This document shows positions 1 to 9,859 of a stretch of 64,000 bases of DNA, one piece after another. How positions within the stretch are numbered: position 1 is the stretch's first letter; each line of letters starts with the position of its first letter. The notes beneath the pieces are model-generated. The model did no database searches and had not been told where the DNA came from. It saw only the letters and a list, made by a program, of their open reading frames with translations. The position numbers and the translations under genes were made by a program. Source of the DNA: a virus; IMG/VR virus record IMGVR_UViG_3300012920_000022, positions 1-64,000 of that record; one strand, given 5' to 3'.

Positions 1-340
1 AGAATTACATATGGATAATAATCATATAACTTACTTACCAGAATCCATTGGTAACCTGGGAAATTTAAGAGCATTATATTTATATGGGAATGAGATTACC
101 CATTTACCTGAATCCATTGGTAACCTGGGAAATTTAATGGATTTGTATGTAGACAGCAATAAAATTACTAAATTACCTGATAGCATGGGCAATTTAAGAA
201 ATCTAACCCGTTTATTTGTTCATAATAATAATTTAGATGAATACCCAAAATTTGTTGACAAGTTGGTAAATTTACAAAAATTTACCCATAGACAAAATAA
301 TTATAATAAAATTTATCACAGTAGAAGTATTAACTTATGA
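1..340 (+). CDS. Leucine-rich repeat protein, C-terminal part (5' end lies outside the window)
   Basis: 23-aa repeats LPESIGNLGNLxxLYLxxNxIT; the frame is open from position 2 (ELH-MDNN), so ATG 11 is internal. Confidence 0.9.
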   Translation, partial: ELHMDNNHITYLPESIGNLGNLRALYLYGNEITHLPESIGNLGNLMDLYVDSNKITKLPDSMGNLRNLTRLFVHNNNLDEYPKFVDKLVNLQKFTHRQNNYNKIYHSRSINL

Positions 341-789
341 AATTTACAGACGACATTATTTATGATTGGCTATTGAATCACATGAATAGCCGTAATGAAA
401 TCGATTACAAATTATTTGCAGATGAAATTGTAGATATATGTAATAAAAAGATGAAAAAAGATCCATCGGGTGAAGATGGAGTTTTCTCAATGGTGAAAAA
501 TTGCGCTAAAGTAGCTTGTGAAAAATTCAATAAAAAATTTGACACTGATATTAATTACATCACGGCATTTGATATTTTAAATGCCGAAGCTAAAATATTC
601 AAATATTTTAGAGATGTACTTGATTATGAAACTTTGAAATCAATATCTATTGGTCACAATGTAAGTTATCACGTAATTGATCATATGGCAAAATTAGATC
701 CCAAAGAACTCACTGTTGATAGGAGACCATTAATTGCCAGTGTTATCATAAACATCAAAAATGAGGAATCCAAAAAAGTGGGTGCATAA
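337..789 (+). CDS. Hypothetical protein
   Basis: 150-aa ORF, ATGA overlap with the upstream LRR gene. Confidence 0.7.
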   Translation: MKFTDDIIYDWLLNHMNSRNEIDYKLFADEIVDICNKKMKKDPSGEDGVFSMVKNCAKVACEKFNKKFDTDINYITAFDILNAEAKIFKYFRDVLDYETLKSISIGHNVSYHVIDHMAKLDPKELTVDRRPLIASVIINIKNEESKKVGA

Positions 790-793
790 TAAA

Positions 794-832
794 AGGGTTT
801 AGATACAGCTCACTATGCTGTATCTAAACCCT
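794..832. terminator. 16-bp stem hairpin between convergent genes, probable bidirectional terminator
   Basis: agggtttagatacagc-tcactat-gctgtatctaaaccct. Confidence 0.6.
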
Positions 833-1982
833 GTAAATGGATATATGCAATTTGATCATCACCATCTTCAAAAATTTCTAGTATTTTTGAGGGTATTATC
901 ATTTCTCCTATGGCTACTTCCAATGTATCGTTAGTCATAAATGACTCATTTAATACAACTGATAATACATTTTTAGATTTATAGTACTTAGTCCCATGGA
1001 TTTTTAAATCTAGAGATTGATTATCATAATACCCTTTAATATAATCCCCAGGCTTGACCAAATTAACGTCTTCATTAGCATAATCTATTTTATTCATTAG
1101 ATAATCACCATTATCAAGTACATCTGATACTATCAAATTTTGAATATTATCACCATAATCAGCAGCAATTATATCACCAGTTTCTAATGGATGGGATAAT
1201 TTAACTAAATAATGATCACCTTCCTGTAATATGGATGCATTATAAGTATCTTCGGCATACTTGATAGTTATAGATTTATATTCAGCATCATTAGATTGCT
1301 CATAAAATGACATTTGATTTTTCAATATGTCATCATAATTTATATCATCTAACAAACCTTCCCAATCATTTGATGTTAGTGGGTCATCAACAGCAGTGGC
1401 AACTTCATCATAATAACCAACTTCATCATTACCATCAAACAATACACAAAAGCATCCTTTGGGGGTTTTTAATGTAAACACTATCATGCCTTCCTTAACA
1501 TACTGATCCATATTAATTGGATCATACATGGAAACCATCTCATTAATTGTATGGGGGATGTATACGCTAATATCACCCTTAACAATATCTGGGGTTGATT
1601 TATTCTCAGCTATATAACCAGCCAATTCTAGATTATTTGAATTCTTAACATCTTTTTTGAATGCATTTATGTATGTCTGGGATATGTTACCATATGCATT
1701 CCCAAGGTATGCCTTACCAGTTTTCCAATCTATTTCACCTATCACTGCTCTACCAATGGTGGTCATTTTTATACATTCCCTATTAGAACGATTACCATAA
1801 TTAGTATTATCAATTTCTAATATTTCTTTGGGTGATGAATCACCAACCGATAAGTCACCAGATACAAAACTGGATATGAATTTTCTTTCAGATTGTTTTA
1901 TTCTGTATCCTTGTGCCTCATTGATACTGGTTTTATCACCTTTGGATACCCATTCGTCAAAATTAAGTACTTTGCTATTCAT
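813..1982 (-). CDS. Putative head-internal protein with multiple prohead-protease-type sites
   Basis: N-terminus MNSKVLNFDEW..SINE; internal TINE, ILQE and VLNE resemble T4 gp21 (I/L)-X-E sites. Confidence 0.5.
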   Translation of the reverse strand: MNSKVLNFDEWVSKGDKTSINEAQGYRIKQSERKFISSFVSGDLSVGDSSPKEILEIDNTNYGNRSNRECIKMTTIGRAVIGEIDWKTGKAYLGNAYGNISQTYINAFKKDVKNSNNLELAGYIAENKSTPDIVKGDISVYIPHTINEMVSMYDPINMDQYVKEGMIVFTLKTPKGCFCVLFDGNDEVGYYDEVATAVDDPLTSNDWEGLLDDINYDDILKNQMSFYEQSNDAEYKSITIKYAEDTYNASILQEGDHYLVKLSHPLETGDIIAADYGDNIQNLIVSDVLDNGDYLMNKIDYANEDVNLVKPGDYIKGYYDNQSLDLKIHGTKYYKSKNVLSVVLNESFMTNDTLEVAIGEMIIPSKILEIFEDGDDQIAYIHLQGLDTA

Positions 1983-3496
1983 ATTCCAAGTTCTTTTTCT
2001 AGTTCTAATTTTTTAGTTTTAGCTACTGATAAATTTTCTTGTAATTTACCATAATAAACCACCATATCAGGATCTGATTTAATAGAGGTATCTTGCGAAT
2101 CTATGTAGCGGATAGATTCATTAATATCATTAATATTTTTTATGATTTTTTCTAATTGTATGCTCTTTTGTCTTTTTGTATTCTTTTTATTATTCGAAAA
2201 AGAATTAGTATAGTTAAGTTTTTCAGATAAATCTATTTCGTGTTTCATTTTCATCTGGTTTATGAAACCAGATTTTTTAAGATTTTTATGTATAGCATCA
2301 TTGGGTTCATTTGATATTGATTCCAATACATCCACTGAACTACCTTTATCTATGACAAATACCTTATTATCATTATGATCACCATCCATTTTTAATATAT
2401 TTTCTGTTACAACAAAATTTTTATAGTTTTCTACTATAAAAATTATATCTCTATGAAAATTTTTTGGGGTATTGGTGAAAAACAGATCATCCGATAATTT
2501 AGATGCATTTTTATATTCAAATTTATCCTCGTCAATTTGAATATAAACCTTATCTTTATGTTCTGATATCGATATACCAGTAGATTTATGCAATATTTTG
2601 TTATCGCTCCAGGATATTTTGTTATTTATAGAAGAATCTTCCGCATATTTATATGGTATCAGAGTCTCATTAATAATTTCCATGTTATTAATGAGATCAA
2701 AATAAGAATTGCCTATTCTAATATATTTGTTTTTATTATCATTATAGATCAATGATACGTGGTGAGTAACATTTTTGGATTCCAACACAATATCGGCATA
2801 ACCTTTAGTATGGCTTATCATATGTTTATCATATGATCCAAGTTTATTATGCATTTGATCATACAATAAACATATAGATTCATGGTTATCTTTATGTTTT
2901 ACAACCTCTTTATAAACATATGCATAACATTGAAAAGGCGGTAAATGCATAGAAAAATTCAATCTGCAAATCAGTTTGTCATATAGATAACTATGGGGAT
3001 CATCACACAAATCATCTATACAGTTTTGTATAATTATATAAGGTTTATCATCAGTGAATTTTTGACTCAATTCATTATAAATAGATAATATCTCACCTAT
3101 ATCAGAATATTGATCTATGGATTCTAATAATCTACCAATTAGTCTATAGTCTGGTAAAAAATCATATTTTTTACCCACATATATTTCATTGATAATATCA
3201 AATATATCCAATGATTCTAATAAAGGTTTTTTACCCATCAATTCGGTCAAACTCTTACTTATTCCCATGTTGCTCAGCCTGTTCATAGTATTATGATATG
3301 ATTCATACATATCAATATCAGGATGAGCAATACCAGATATTTTCTTATGAGCAATTTGATTGGCTATATCAGAATCTAGATTATATTTTGTAATATCTAT
3401 CCCTGCTTCTTCTATTGTCTGTTTTATTAGATCAGATTTAGTATTTTCATACAACCATCTAATATTTTTGTTAAATTTATTGGTGATATTACCCAT
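1979..3496 (-). CDS. Putative head core/scaffold-like virion protein
   Basis: 505 aa with repeated LLES/VLES/INE motifs and a C-terminal coiled coil; co-transcribed with the gp15-like gene. Confidence 0.45.
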   Translation of the reverse strand: MGNITNKFNKNIRWLYENTKSDLIKQTIEEAGIDITKYNLDSDIANQIAHKKISGIAHPDIDMYESYHNTMNRLSNMGISKSLTELMGKKPLLESLDIFDIINEIYVGKKYDFLPDYRLIGRLLESIDQYSDIGEILSIYNELSQKFTDDKPYIIIQNCIDDLCDDPHSYLYDKLICRLNFSMHLPPFQCYAYVYKEVVKHKDNHESICLLYDQMHNKLGSYDKHMISHTKGYADIVLESKNVTHHVSLIYNDNKNKYIRIGNSYFDLINNMEIINETLIPYKYAEDSSINNKISWSDNKILHKSTGISISEHKDKVYIQIDEDKFEYKNASKLSDDLFFTNTPKNFHRDIIFIVENYKNFVVTENILKMDGDHNDNKVFVIDKGSSVDVLESISNEPNDAIHKNLKKSGFINQMKMKHEIDLSEKLNYTNSFSNNKKNTKRQKSIQLEKIIKNINDINESIRYIDSQDTSIKSDPDMVVYYGKLQENLSVAKTKKLELEKELGI

Positions 3497-3497
3497 A

Positions 3498-4202
3498 CTA
3501 TTCTGCTTTTTTGTTATTTATTTTTATATTGGACATTTTATTGCTTACGTTGAATGTGGAAGAATGATCAATATTAGGTAAATAGGTCAAAATACTAAAA
3601 GAAAATTCAAGTTGAGGTTTGTTACTACCATTATCAGGATACTGAAATACAAAATCTTTACTTATATCAAAATCATCTGGAAACCCTATCATAACTGGTA
3701 TACTATTAAATCCATTATATCTGATGTAAACTACATCAGTATTATACAATGCTTTAATGAGAGATTCAAATATTTTGAGCCTTTGTATATCACTTGAACA
3801 TATCACTTTTGAGCCAAAATCTAGTGATATTGGTATGTGATCAACCACAGATGATTTTGCATTGATTTGATTGCCATATTCATTTTCTTTACTCTCCATG
3901 TGTACACTTCTTATATACCTTTGAGTCATTTCATCAGATGATCTACCACCATTAGATATATGGAATATGCCTCTGGGAACCTTATCCACATTTCCATCAA
4001 TTCTTAAATTATTATAGTTTTTATCAGTAGATACGAAAAAATCAGTTAAAAATTGTTCTTCACCAGTCATAGAATAAAAAAAAGGCACATTTACTTGTTG
4101 AGTATCGTTATTTTTTGTGATGGTTATATGTATTCTTTTCCAAAAATAAGAAGAAATGCCCACAATTACATTTCTTAGAAGAACATCATCGTAATTATTC
4201 AT
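3498..4202 (-). CDS. Tail sheath stabiliser/tail terminator, T4 gp15-like
   Basis: VPFFY..EQFL and VPRGIF motifs parallel gp15 VPITY../LPR; 234 aa. Confidence 0.65.
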   Translation of the reverse strand: MNNYDDVLLRNVIVGISSYFWKRIHITITKNNDTQQVNVPFFYSMTGEEQFLTDFFVSTDKNYNNLRIDGNVDKVPRGIFHISNGGRSSDEMTQRYIRSVHMESKENEYGNQINAKSSVVDHIPISLDFGSKVICSSDIQRLKIFESLIKALYNTDVVYIRYNGFNSIPVMIGFPDDFDISKDFVFQYPDNGSNKPQLEFSFSILTYLPNIDHSSTFNVSNKMSNIKINNKKAE

Positions 4203-4287
4203 ATCTTAAATAATTATTTAAATATTATATATTTTAATAAATTTTCAAAATACATAATAAAATATGTTTTAAATAACAATTAAAATC

Positions 4288-4629
4288 ATGGAAAAACTCA
4301 ATGAATTTGCAAATAAACACATAGGAATCATATTAATAATATCCATAGTTATTAATATGATTATGCCAGTTAGATTAAATAGAAAAATCAATGTTAATCA
4401 CGGAGAGTATATTAAAAAACACATAGATAGTGTACAAAATAATTATAAAAAAATATACTCAGAATATATACGGAAACAGATAAAAAATAGACTCATAATA
4501 GAGCAACTCACAGAAACCATAGATACTGTGAACAAAAACAATAACAAATTGATCATAAACTATAATAAATTAAGAAATGAACTGGAAACTTCTAAAATTG
4601 ATCTTCCTCCTCTTGATAGTCTCAAATAA
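4288..4629 (+). CDS. Membrane-anchored coiled-coil protein (spanin-like)
   Basis: N-terminal TM segment (IGIILIISIVINMIM) followed by coiled coil. Confidence 0.45.
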   Translation: MEKLNEFANKHIGIILIISIVINMIMPVRLNRKINVNHGEYIKKHIDSVQNNYKKIYSEYIRKQIKNRLIIEQLTETIDTVNKNNNKLIINYNKLRNELETSKIDLPPLDSLK

Positions 4630-5071
4630 TATTTCAATATCCCAAAATATAAGGAGATTCAATAAATCTAATTTTGATATTAACAAAATCCAATTCTATG
4701 ATTTTGTTATAATGAGTACCAACCAATATAAATTAATTAGGAAAAATTTTGGAGATAGGGATGTGCTCATTAAAAAATCAGATTCTATAAAAATATTATT
4801 GCTTCATGAAATTGGGTTGAAAGATTCATTGATTACAGTAAAAACCACAATGATAAATGATGCTAATAATCAAATAGATTCTTGTAATATAGCCAAAGAT
4901 AAAATCGTTAAATCTTCTAATGATTTAATAAAACTAAATAAAAAATTAGGGGAGAATATAGTTGATTTAACGAATGATTTAAATAAATATAAGATTAGGA
5001 ATAAGAGGAATAAAATCTTATATTTTTTAGGGGGTGTTTTAATAACATCAGCTATATTATTAAAAAATTAG
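4577..5071 (+). CDS. Signal peptide + coiled coil + C-terminal TM protein (spanin-like partner)
   Basis: Hydrophobic N-terminus, heptads, C-terminal ILYFLGGVLITSAILL; overlaps the previous gene. Confidence 0.45.
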   Translation: MNWKLLKLIFLLLIVSNNISISQNIRRFNKSNFDINKIQFYDFVIMSTNQYKLIRKNFGDRDVLIKKSDSIKILLLHEIGLKDSLITVKTTMINDANNQIDSCNIAKDKIVKSSNDLIKLNKKLGENIVDLTNDLNKYKIRNKRNKILYFLGGVLITSAILLKN

Positions 5072-6690
5072 GATGAACTACCAGTTGGGAATTCATTTCT
5101 AACAATTAATACATTATTATTATCAGCCACCAATAATTTATCTAACATATAATAGTTATTGGTGGTAAATACTGATGATACAACTGATAAAAATGTATTA
5201 CCTATGTAGTTTGTAGTAATTTCATCAGCACCTATTTTAACTAATATAGTATATTCATCACCCGATGATCCATTAGACAGAGATATATCAATAGATGGAT
5301 TTATAACAGCACCAGTGTCAGTGGATGTTAAATCTAATAAATGGTTTCTAGATAATGATAAGTCTATATTATAGGGTGTTAAATTGGCTGGTTGATGAGT
5401 GTGATAATTACCTTTAATTTTTCCATTGAAATATAGCATTCCTGGAAATGATACATCACCAGCATTACTTAGCAATAATCTATCACTTCCATTTGATTTT
5501 ATATCAATGAAATTGGTAGGATCATTAATACTATTAATGGAAATATTGGTGCTGTTGATAACCATCATTCCATCATTATCATCATTGGTTATTAGTTTAT
5601 TAGATATATTGGTTATCCCATTGATGTTAGATATTATGTTATTACCGAATATATTAACATAATTAGCATCATTATTAATATCAATAGTTGAACTAGAGCC
5701 AAATATGTTAATATATACACCAAATACATTTATTTGAGTAGTTGATGAATTACCCCATGATAAATGTATATTGATATCATTATTATCAACACCCAATCTA
5801 ACCACAGAATTATTGATTGATACTATTTTTGCAAATGTATTTGATCTTAACAATAATTCCTGTAATCCATCTACATTATTTATATTTATATTAGAATTAG
5901 TGGAGGTAACGCTGATAGTATTTGGTGATCTATCAATCTGAATTATTGAATGAATATAAAAACTATTATTCAACATATTAAATTCAACATTTTGGCTACC
6001 ACCCAAAAAAGTTAAGGTGTTGAATTTAATATTGGATGATATATTGGTAGTTGAGTCATCTTTAATATCAACATCCACACCATGCATATTAAAAATTACA
6101 TTGGATGTACCACCTATTGTAATTTTTGGATTATTTATACCTATCCAGTCTAATTCATTATAACTGATTGATGGATTATTGTCTACCCCTTCAATCACAA
6201 ACCCGATACCCAATGGATCATATAAATATATTGGATGTTGTTGAGATAATTGAGATGTGGCATATGCCAATATATTGGGTAAATCATTGGTAGTTCCATC
6301 TATGGGTGTTATGAATTCTCTATTTATGATTGTCCATATTGAATTAGCTGGTGAATTATCACTACAAATCCAATATGTGTGATTAGATGAATTATACCAA
6401 GTAGTACCAATAGATAATCCATCATCAGTATTGTTGGGGTTTCTACTTTCAATAATACCATCATTATTGAATATAGTATATTTACCAGAGATACCCACCC
6501 ATTTGGTATTTACTCCAACATTAGTATCTATAATATATTTGTCATCAGATACTAGTGTTGGAGATGTCTTTGTTTGATATAAGGTTTCATTTTCTTTTAT
6601 ATAGCATACGATGTTATCATCATTAGATAACTTAGCATCTGCTATTGTTTCAAATATTAAATTTCTTATATGTCTTTGATTGATCATCAC
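5068..6690 (-). CDS. Virion structural / tail fibre-like protein
   Basis: PNNTDDG..IGTTWYN..YWICSDN..SIW fibre-type motif; N/I/S-rich beta repeats. Confidence 0.55.
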   Translation of the reverse strand: MMINQRHIRNLIFETIADAKLSNDDNIVCYIKENETLYQTKTSPTLVSDDKYIIDTNVGVNTKWVGISGKYTIFNNDGIIESRNPNNTDDGLSIGTTWYNSSNHTYWICSDNSPANSIWTIINREFITPIDGTTNDLPNILAYATSQLSQQHPIYLYDPLGIGFVIEGVDNNPSISYNELDWIGINNPKITIGGTSNVIFNMHGVDVDIKDDSTTNISSNIKFNTLTFLGGSQNVEFNMLNNSFYIHSIIQIDRSPNTISVTSTNSNININNVDGLQELLLRSNTFAKIVSINNSVVRLGVDNNDINIHLSWGNSSTTQINVFGVYINIFGSSSTIDINNDANYVNIFGNNIISNINGITNISNKLITNDDNDGMMVINSTNISINSINDPTNFIDIKSNGSDRLLLSNAGDVSFPGMLYFNGKIKGNYHTHQPANLTPYNIDLSLSRNHLLDLTSTDTGAVINPSIDISLSNGSSGDEYTILVKIGADEITTNYIGNTFLSVVSSVFTTNNYYMLDKLLVADNNNVLIVRNEFPTGSSS

Positions 6691-6695
6691 AAATA

Positions 6696-7049
6696 TTATG
6701 GTTTATAAGTGCCCATTACACCTCTATCTTCTCTATCTCTTTTTCTTTCCTCTATCCAAAATAATGCCTCCTGTAATTTATGTATAGCATTAGATGTATG
6801 TATATTGTTTAATTCTGGGTGTTTATTTAAATGAGATAAATGACCAATTAGCATATTTAAAAGACCTTCAGTTATTATCCCATCTTGTCTAAATTTATTA
6901 CCGTCAATATCACCTTTCACAAATTCTATGTGTTGATATTCGTCTGTCTCCACCAAACCAGAACTAGTGATTCTCTTTTTTGGTATTTTATAAGATGCTC
7001 CTTTTACTACAGTTAGGTATTTTCTATTATTTGTGGTATCCATAATCAA
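6696..7049 (-). CDS. tad1: Tad1-like anti-Thoeris/anti-CBASS signal-sponge protein
   Basis: IEFVKG..QDGIITEGLL..AIHKLQEALFWIEERKRDREDRGVMGT matches the Tad1 pattern IKFQKG..HGV..DLL..EEALMW..R..DR..R.VLGT. Confidence 0.75.
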   Translation of the reverse strand: MIMDTTNNRKYLTVVKGASYKIPKKRITSSGLVETDEYQHIEFVKGDIDGNKFRQDGIITEGLLNMLIGHLSHLNKHPELNNIHTSNAIHKLQEALFWIEERKRDREDRGVMGTYKP

Positions 7050-7795
7050 ATATATGTTTGTATTTCTATTTTATCATTTTTATATACAGGCATTGATAAG
7101 GTAAATGTGGATGAATTGATGTAATTAAAATGATCCCCGTTAACCAGTTTTAATCCATTGATATATGCATAGATTTCATTAGTTAAAAAATTTGGTGATG
7201 TACCCAAATTTAATAAATCACCAGATACGCTAAATTCTGGGGTAGGAGAAGATGCATTTATATTACTACCAGAACTTATAGTAGATAATATAGATATATT
7301 GGTAACTTTCCTATTTCTAGGGGATGTACCAGGAACAATATAACTACCTATATATCTATACGCAGTGATTTTATATGGTTTTGGTAATCCGGTATCTTGT
7401 TGTATTATTAACACACCAGTTTTATAATCAAACAGCCATCCAATATCACTAGTTATCGGTATTTCATTATCTGTATTATCAAATAATCTACAAGAATATT
7501 TGAATCCATGTTTATCAGATATGAAATCACCAATTCTACCACCATCATTTACATAATAACATTCATAATCCGTTACTGAGGTTTCTCTGGTTAATGTATA
7601 TTTATCATATAGCTGACATATACCATTTGTTATCCCTTGATCAGGATCATCAAATGGAATATCACTTTGGCGTATATCTAATTTATCTAATTCCAATACT
7701 CTACCACCTAATTCTTCATAGTGAAATTTAGAATTATCGGTGACAAGTTTAGAAAGTAATTTTTTAAATGATATGTCTTCTTTATCCCAAGCCAA
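7046..7795 (-). CDS. Virion structural protein, paralogue of 8668..9855
   Basis: Shared WxKEDISFKKL, IPFDDPxQGI, W.FDYKTG.L and KP.KI..YRY.G motifs. Confidence 0.55.
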   Translation of the reverse strand: MAWDKEDISFKKLLSKLVTDNSKFHYEELGGRVLELDKLDIRQSDIPFDDPDQGITNGICQLYDKYTLTRETSVTDYECYYVNDGGRIGDFISDKHGFKYSCRLFDNTDNEIPITSDIGWLFDYKTGVLIIQQDTGLPKPYKITAYRYIGSYIVPGTSPRNRKVTNISILSTISSGSNINASSPTPEFSVSGDLLNLGTSPNFLTNEIYAYINGLKLVNGDHFNYINSSTFTLSMPVYKNDKIEIQTYI

Positions 7796-7813
7796 TTTTT
7801 AATATTTCTTTAA

Positions 7814-8668
7814 TTAGATTCTAATTATATTACTACTCCTAAATAATCTATATTCTGGAATATATTTATTTAGGAGATTACTAATAGTGTATACAAAATA
7901 CTCCCCATTAGATACCTTGGTACTATTATATAAAACTATGGTATTGGGTAATGATTTTTGGATTTCATATAAATCATGTTTTTCTATAATTTCATTACCA
8001 CCATTGCCCAAATCCAATATTTTAAGATTTTTGAGGTTAACTATCCATTGTGGAAATTCCAGTAATCCTCTACAATGGAATGCCAAATATTCCAAATTAC
8101 CAAGATTGAGCATTGATGAGGGCAATTCTGGATATATTCCATTACCCAGAATTAATACTCTTAGTTTATTCAAATTACCAATTGATTCTGGAATTTTGTT
8201 CATTTTGTTGGATAATCCAGTATTCAAATATATTAATTCACTAAGATTGCCTATATTTTTGGGTATTATTTTGATTTTATTACCACCAAAATCAAAATAT
8301 CTAAGCTTCGATAATTTAGTTATACTTTTTGGTAAACTGGTTATATTAGCAAAATTTAAATCTAACCATTCCAAATTAATAAAATTACTTATATGTGATG
8401 GTATAGTCCTATAAATAGTTTCTTTGACATGTTTATTTATATTTAATGATATAAACTTATCATTAAATATAAAATGTTCTGCACATTTAAATGGATAATT
8501 TAATATCTTTTCTTTTAATTCATCATTTATATTGAGAATGTTACTTGATAATATATGGAATGCTAAATCAATATTGTTATCATCATTTGAATTTAATAAT
8601 CTCATTAAATTATTAAATTCAATAGATTCCTCATTTATAAATTGACTAAAAGATGCAATTTGATTCAT
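7814..8668 (-). CDS. LRR protein with capsid-targeting-like leader
   Basis: MNQIASFSQFINE leader, LLNSNDDNNIDLAF cap, repeats such as IPESIGNLNKLRVL. Confidence 0.85.
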   Translation of the reverse strand: MNQIASFSQFINEESIEFNNLMRLLNSNDDNNIDLAFHILSSNILNINDELKEKILNYPFKCAEHFIFNDKFISLNINKHVKETIYRTIPSHISNFINLEWLDLNFANITSLPKSITKLSKLRYFDFGGNKIKIIPKNIGNLSELIYLNTGLSNKMNKIPESIGNLNKLRVLILGNGIYPELPSSMLNLGNLEYLAFHCRGLLEFPQWIVNLKNLKILDLGNGGNEIIEKHDLYEIQKSLPNTIVLYNSTKVSNGEYFVYTISNLLNKYIPEYRLFRSSNIIRI

Positions 8669-9855
8669 TAGTTAGTAAAATCTATTATTATTCTTAAAAT
8701 CCATCCATCAAAAAATGAATTGTTGGCAAATACTCTTAACATATCAGTAGTTGAGTTGTATTCACCATATAATATGTTGGTTCCATCATTGTATGGTAGT
8801 TTATATATCAGATTACCATTTAACACATAGCCAGTAAATTCATCAAAATATTGTGGGGTAAATGGTAATATGCTAAAATCGGTTGGTGTTGCACCGTTTA
8901 TATTAGTTGGTGGGAATTCATATCTCTTTACCCTTCTATATTCAGATCCAGTCCAAAACAGTTTATTGGTAGGAGCCAACATGCCAGATCTTACCAATTG
9001 ATCTAATGATTGGGGATTAGAAGTAGCACTATCATCAAAACCCACCAAAACCATTTTATCAGTTGATGCATTTAGATCAAATCCGGCATCTAGTCCATTC
9101 CAATATATGGTAGCACCATTAGTATCTGGTGTTGCCGATATACCACCATCATTGCTAAAAAACGCAAGACTGGTTATGTCAGTTTTACTTATCACATAAT
9201 GTGCGTGATTTATAAATAATAGCACTTGACCCACATATGATTTATTAGATATGGCACCAGTGTCTTGGGTATTACCAGTAGTATTATTTGGTGTGAATTC
9301 TTCTATTGTGAATTCGCCATTGTTGTTACCACCAACAAAATCTGATAATTTTTGACCCACATATCTATATCCACTTATTTTAAATGGTTTAGGATATGAG
9401 ATAGTATTAACATTACCATTGAATAATAATATACCAGTTTTATAATCAAATATCCAATCTGATTCATCAGTGGGGAATATTTGATTATCATTATTATCAA
9501 ATAATTTGATTTTGTATGATTCACCAAATTTATCACTAATCCAATTTTTTAGCCTAGGATTAGTGATGTCATCAGGTTTTGAAAAATCATATGGATCATT
9601 AGGATTAGTACATGTAAAATATGCTTGATTATTGGGTACCGTAATATTCTCTTTGAGCAAAAACAAGTTATATTCAGCTACAACATTATTCGTTATACCT
9701 TGTGTGGGATCATCAAATGGTATTTCTTCTGCAAATATGTCATTTGTAGATATTGTTAATGTAGAATCACCAAATTCTTCATAAAATTCTTTAATAGAAT
9801 CAGTAGTTCTTCTATTGATAAGCTTTTTAAATGAAATATCTTCCTTAGTCCACAT
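8668..9855 (-). CDS. Virion structural protein
   Basis: 395 aa, paralogous N-domain with 7046..7795; lies in a late-type operon. Confidence 0.55.
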   Translation of the reverse strand: MWTKEDISFKKLINRRTTDSIKEFYEEFGDSTLTISTNDIFAEEIPFDDPTQGITNNVVAEYNLFLLKENITVPNNQAYFTCTNPNDPYDFSKPDDITNPRLKNWISDKFGESYKIKLFDNNDNQIFPTDESDWIFDYKTGILLFNGNVNTISYPKPFKISGYRYVGQKLSDFVGGNNNGEFTIEEFTPNNTTGNTQDTGAISNKSYVGQVLLFINHAHYVISKTDITSLAFFSNDGGISATPDTNGATIYWNGLDAGFDLNASTDKMVLVGFDDSATSNPQSLDQLVRSGMLAPTNKLFWTGSEYRRVKRYEFPPTNINGATPTDFSILPFTPQYFDEFTGYVLNGNLIYKLPYNDGTNILYGEYNSTTDMLRVFANNSFFDGWILRIIIDFTN

Positions 9856-9859
9856 AAAA

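Noticed and set aside
1-340. Window ends joining into one circular LRR gene
   Set aside because: The repeat DNA differs (gaatccattggtaacctggga vs gaatcagttggtaatttgaaa), and essential genes (major capsid, sheath, polymerase, TerL C-half) are missing, so the genome is much larger.
7887-8414. Antisense ORFs in the track (e.g. 7887-8414, 16620-17120, 25206-25562, 28841-29323, 46508-46855)
   Set aside because: They are shadow frames overlapping better-supported genes on the opposite strand and have no recognisable motifs.
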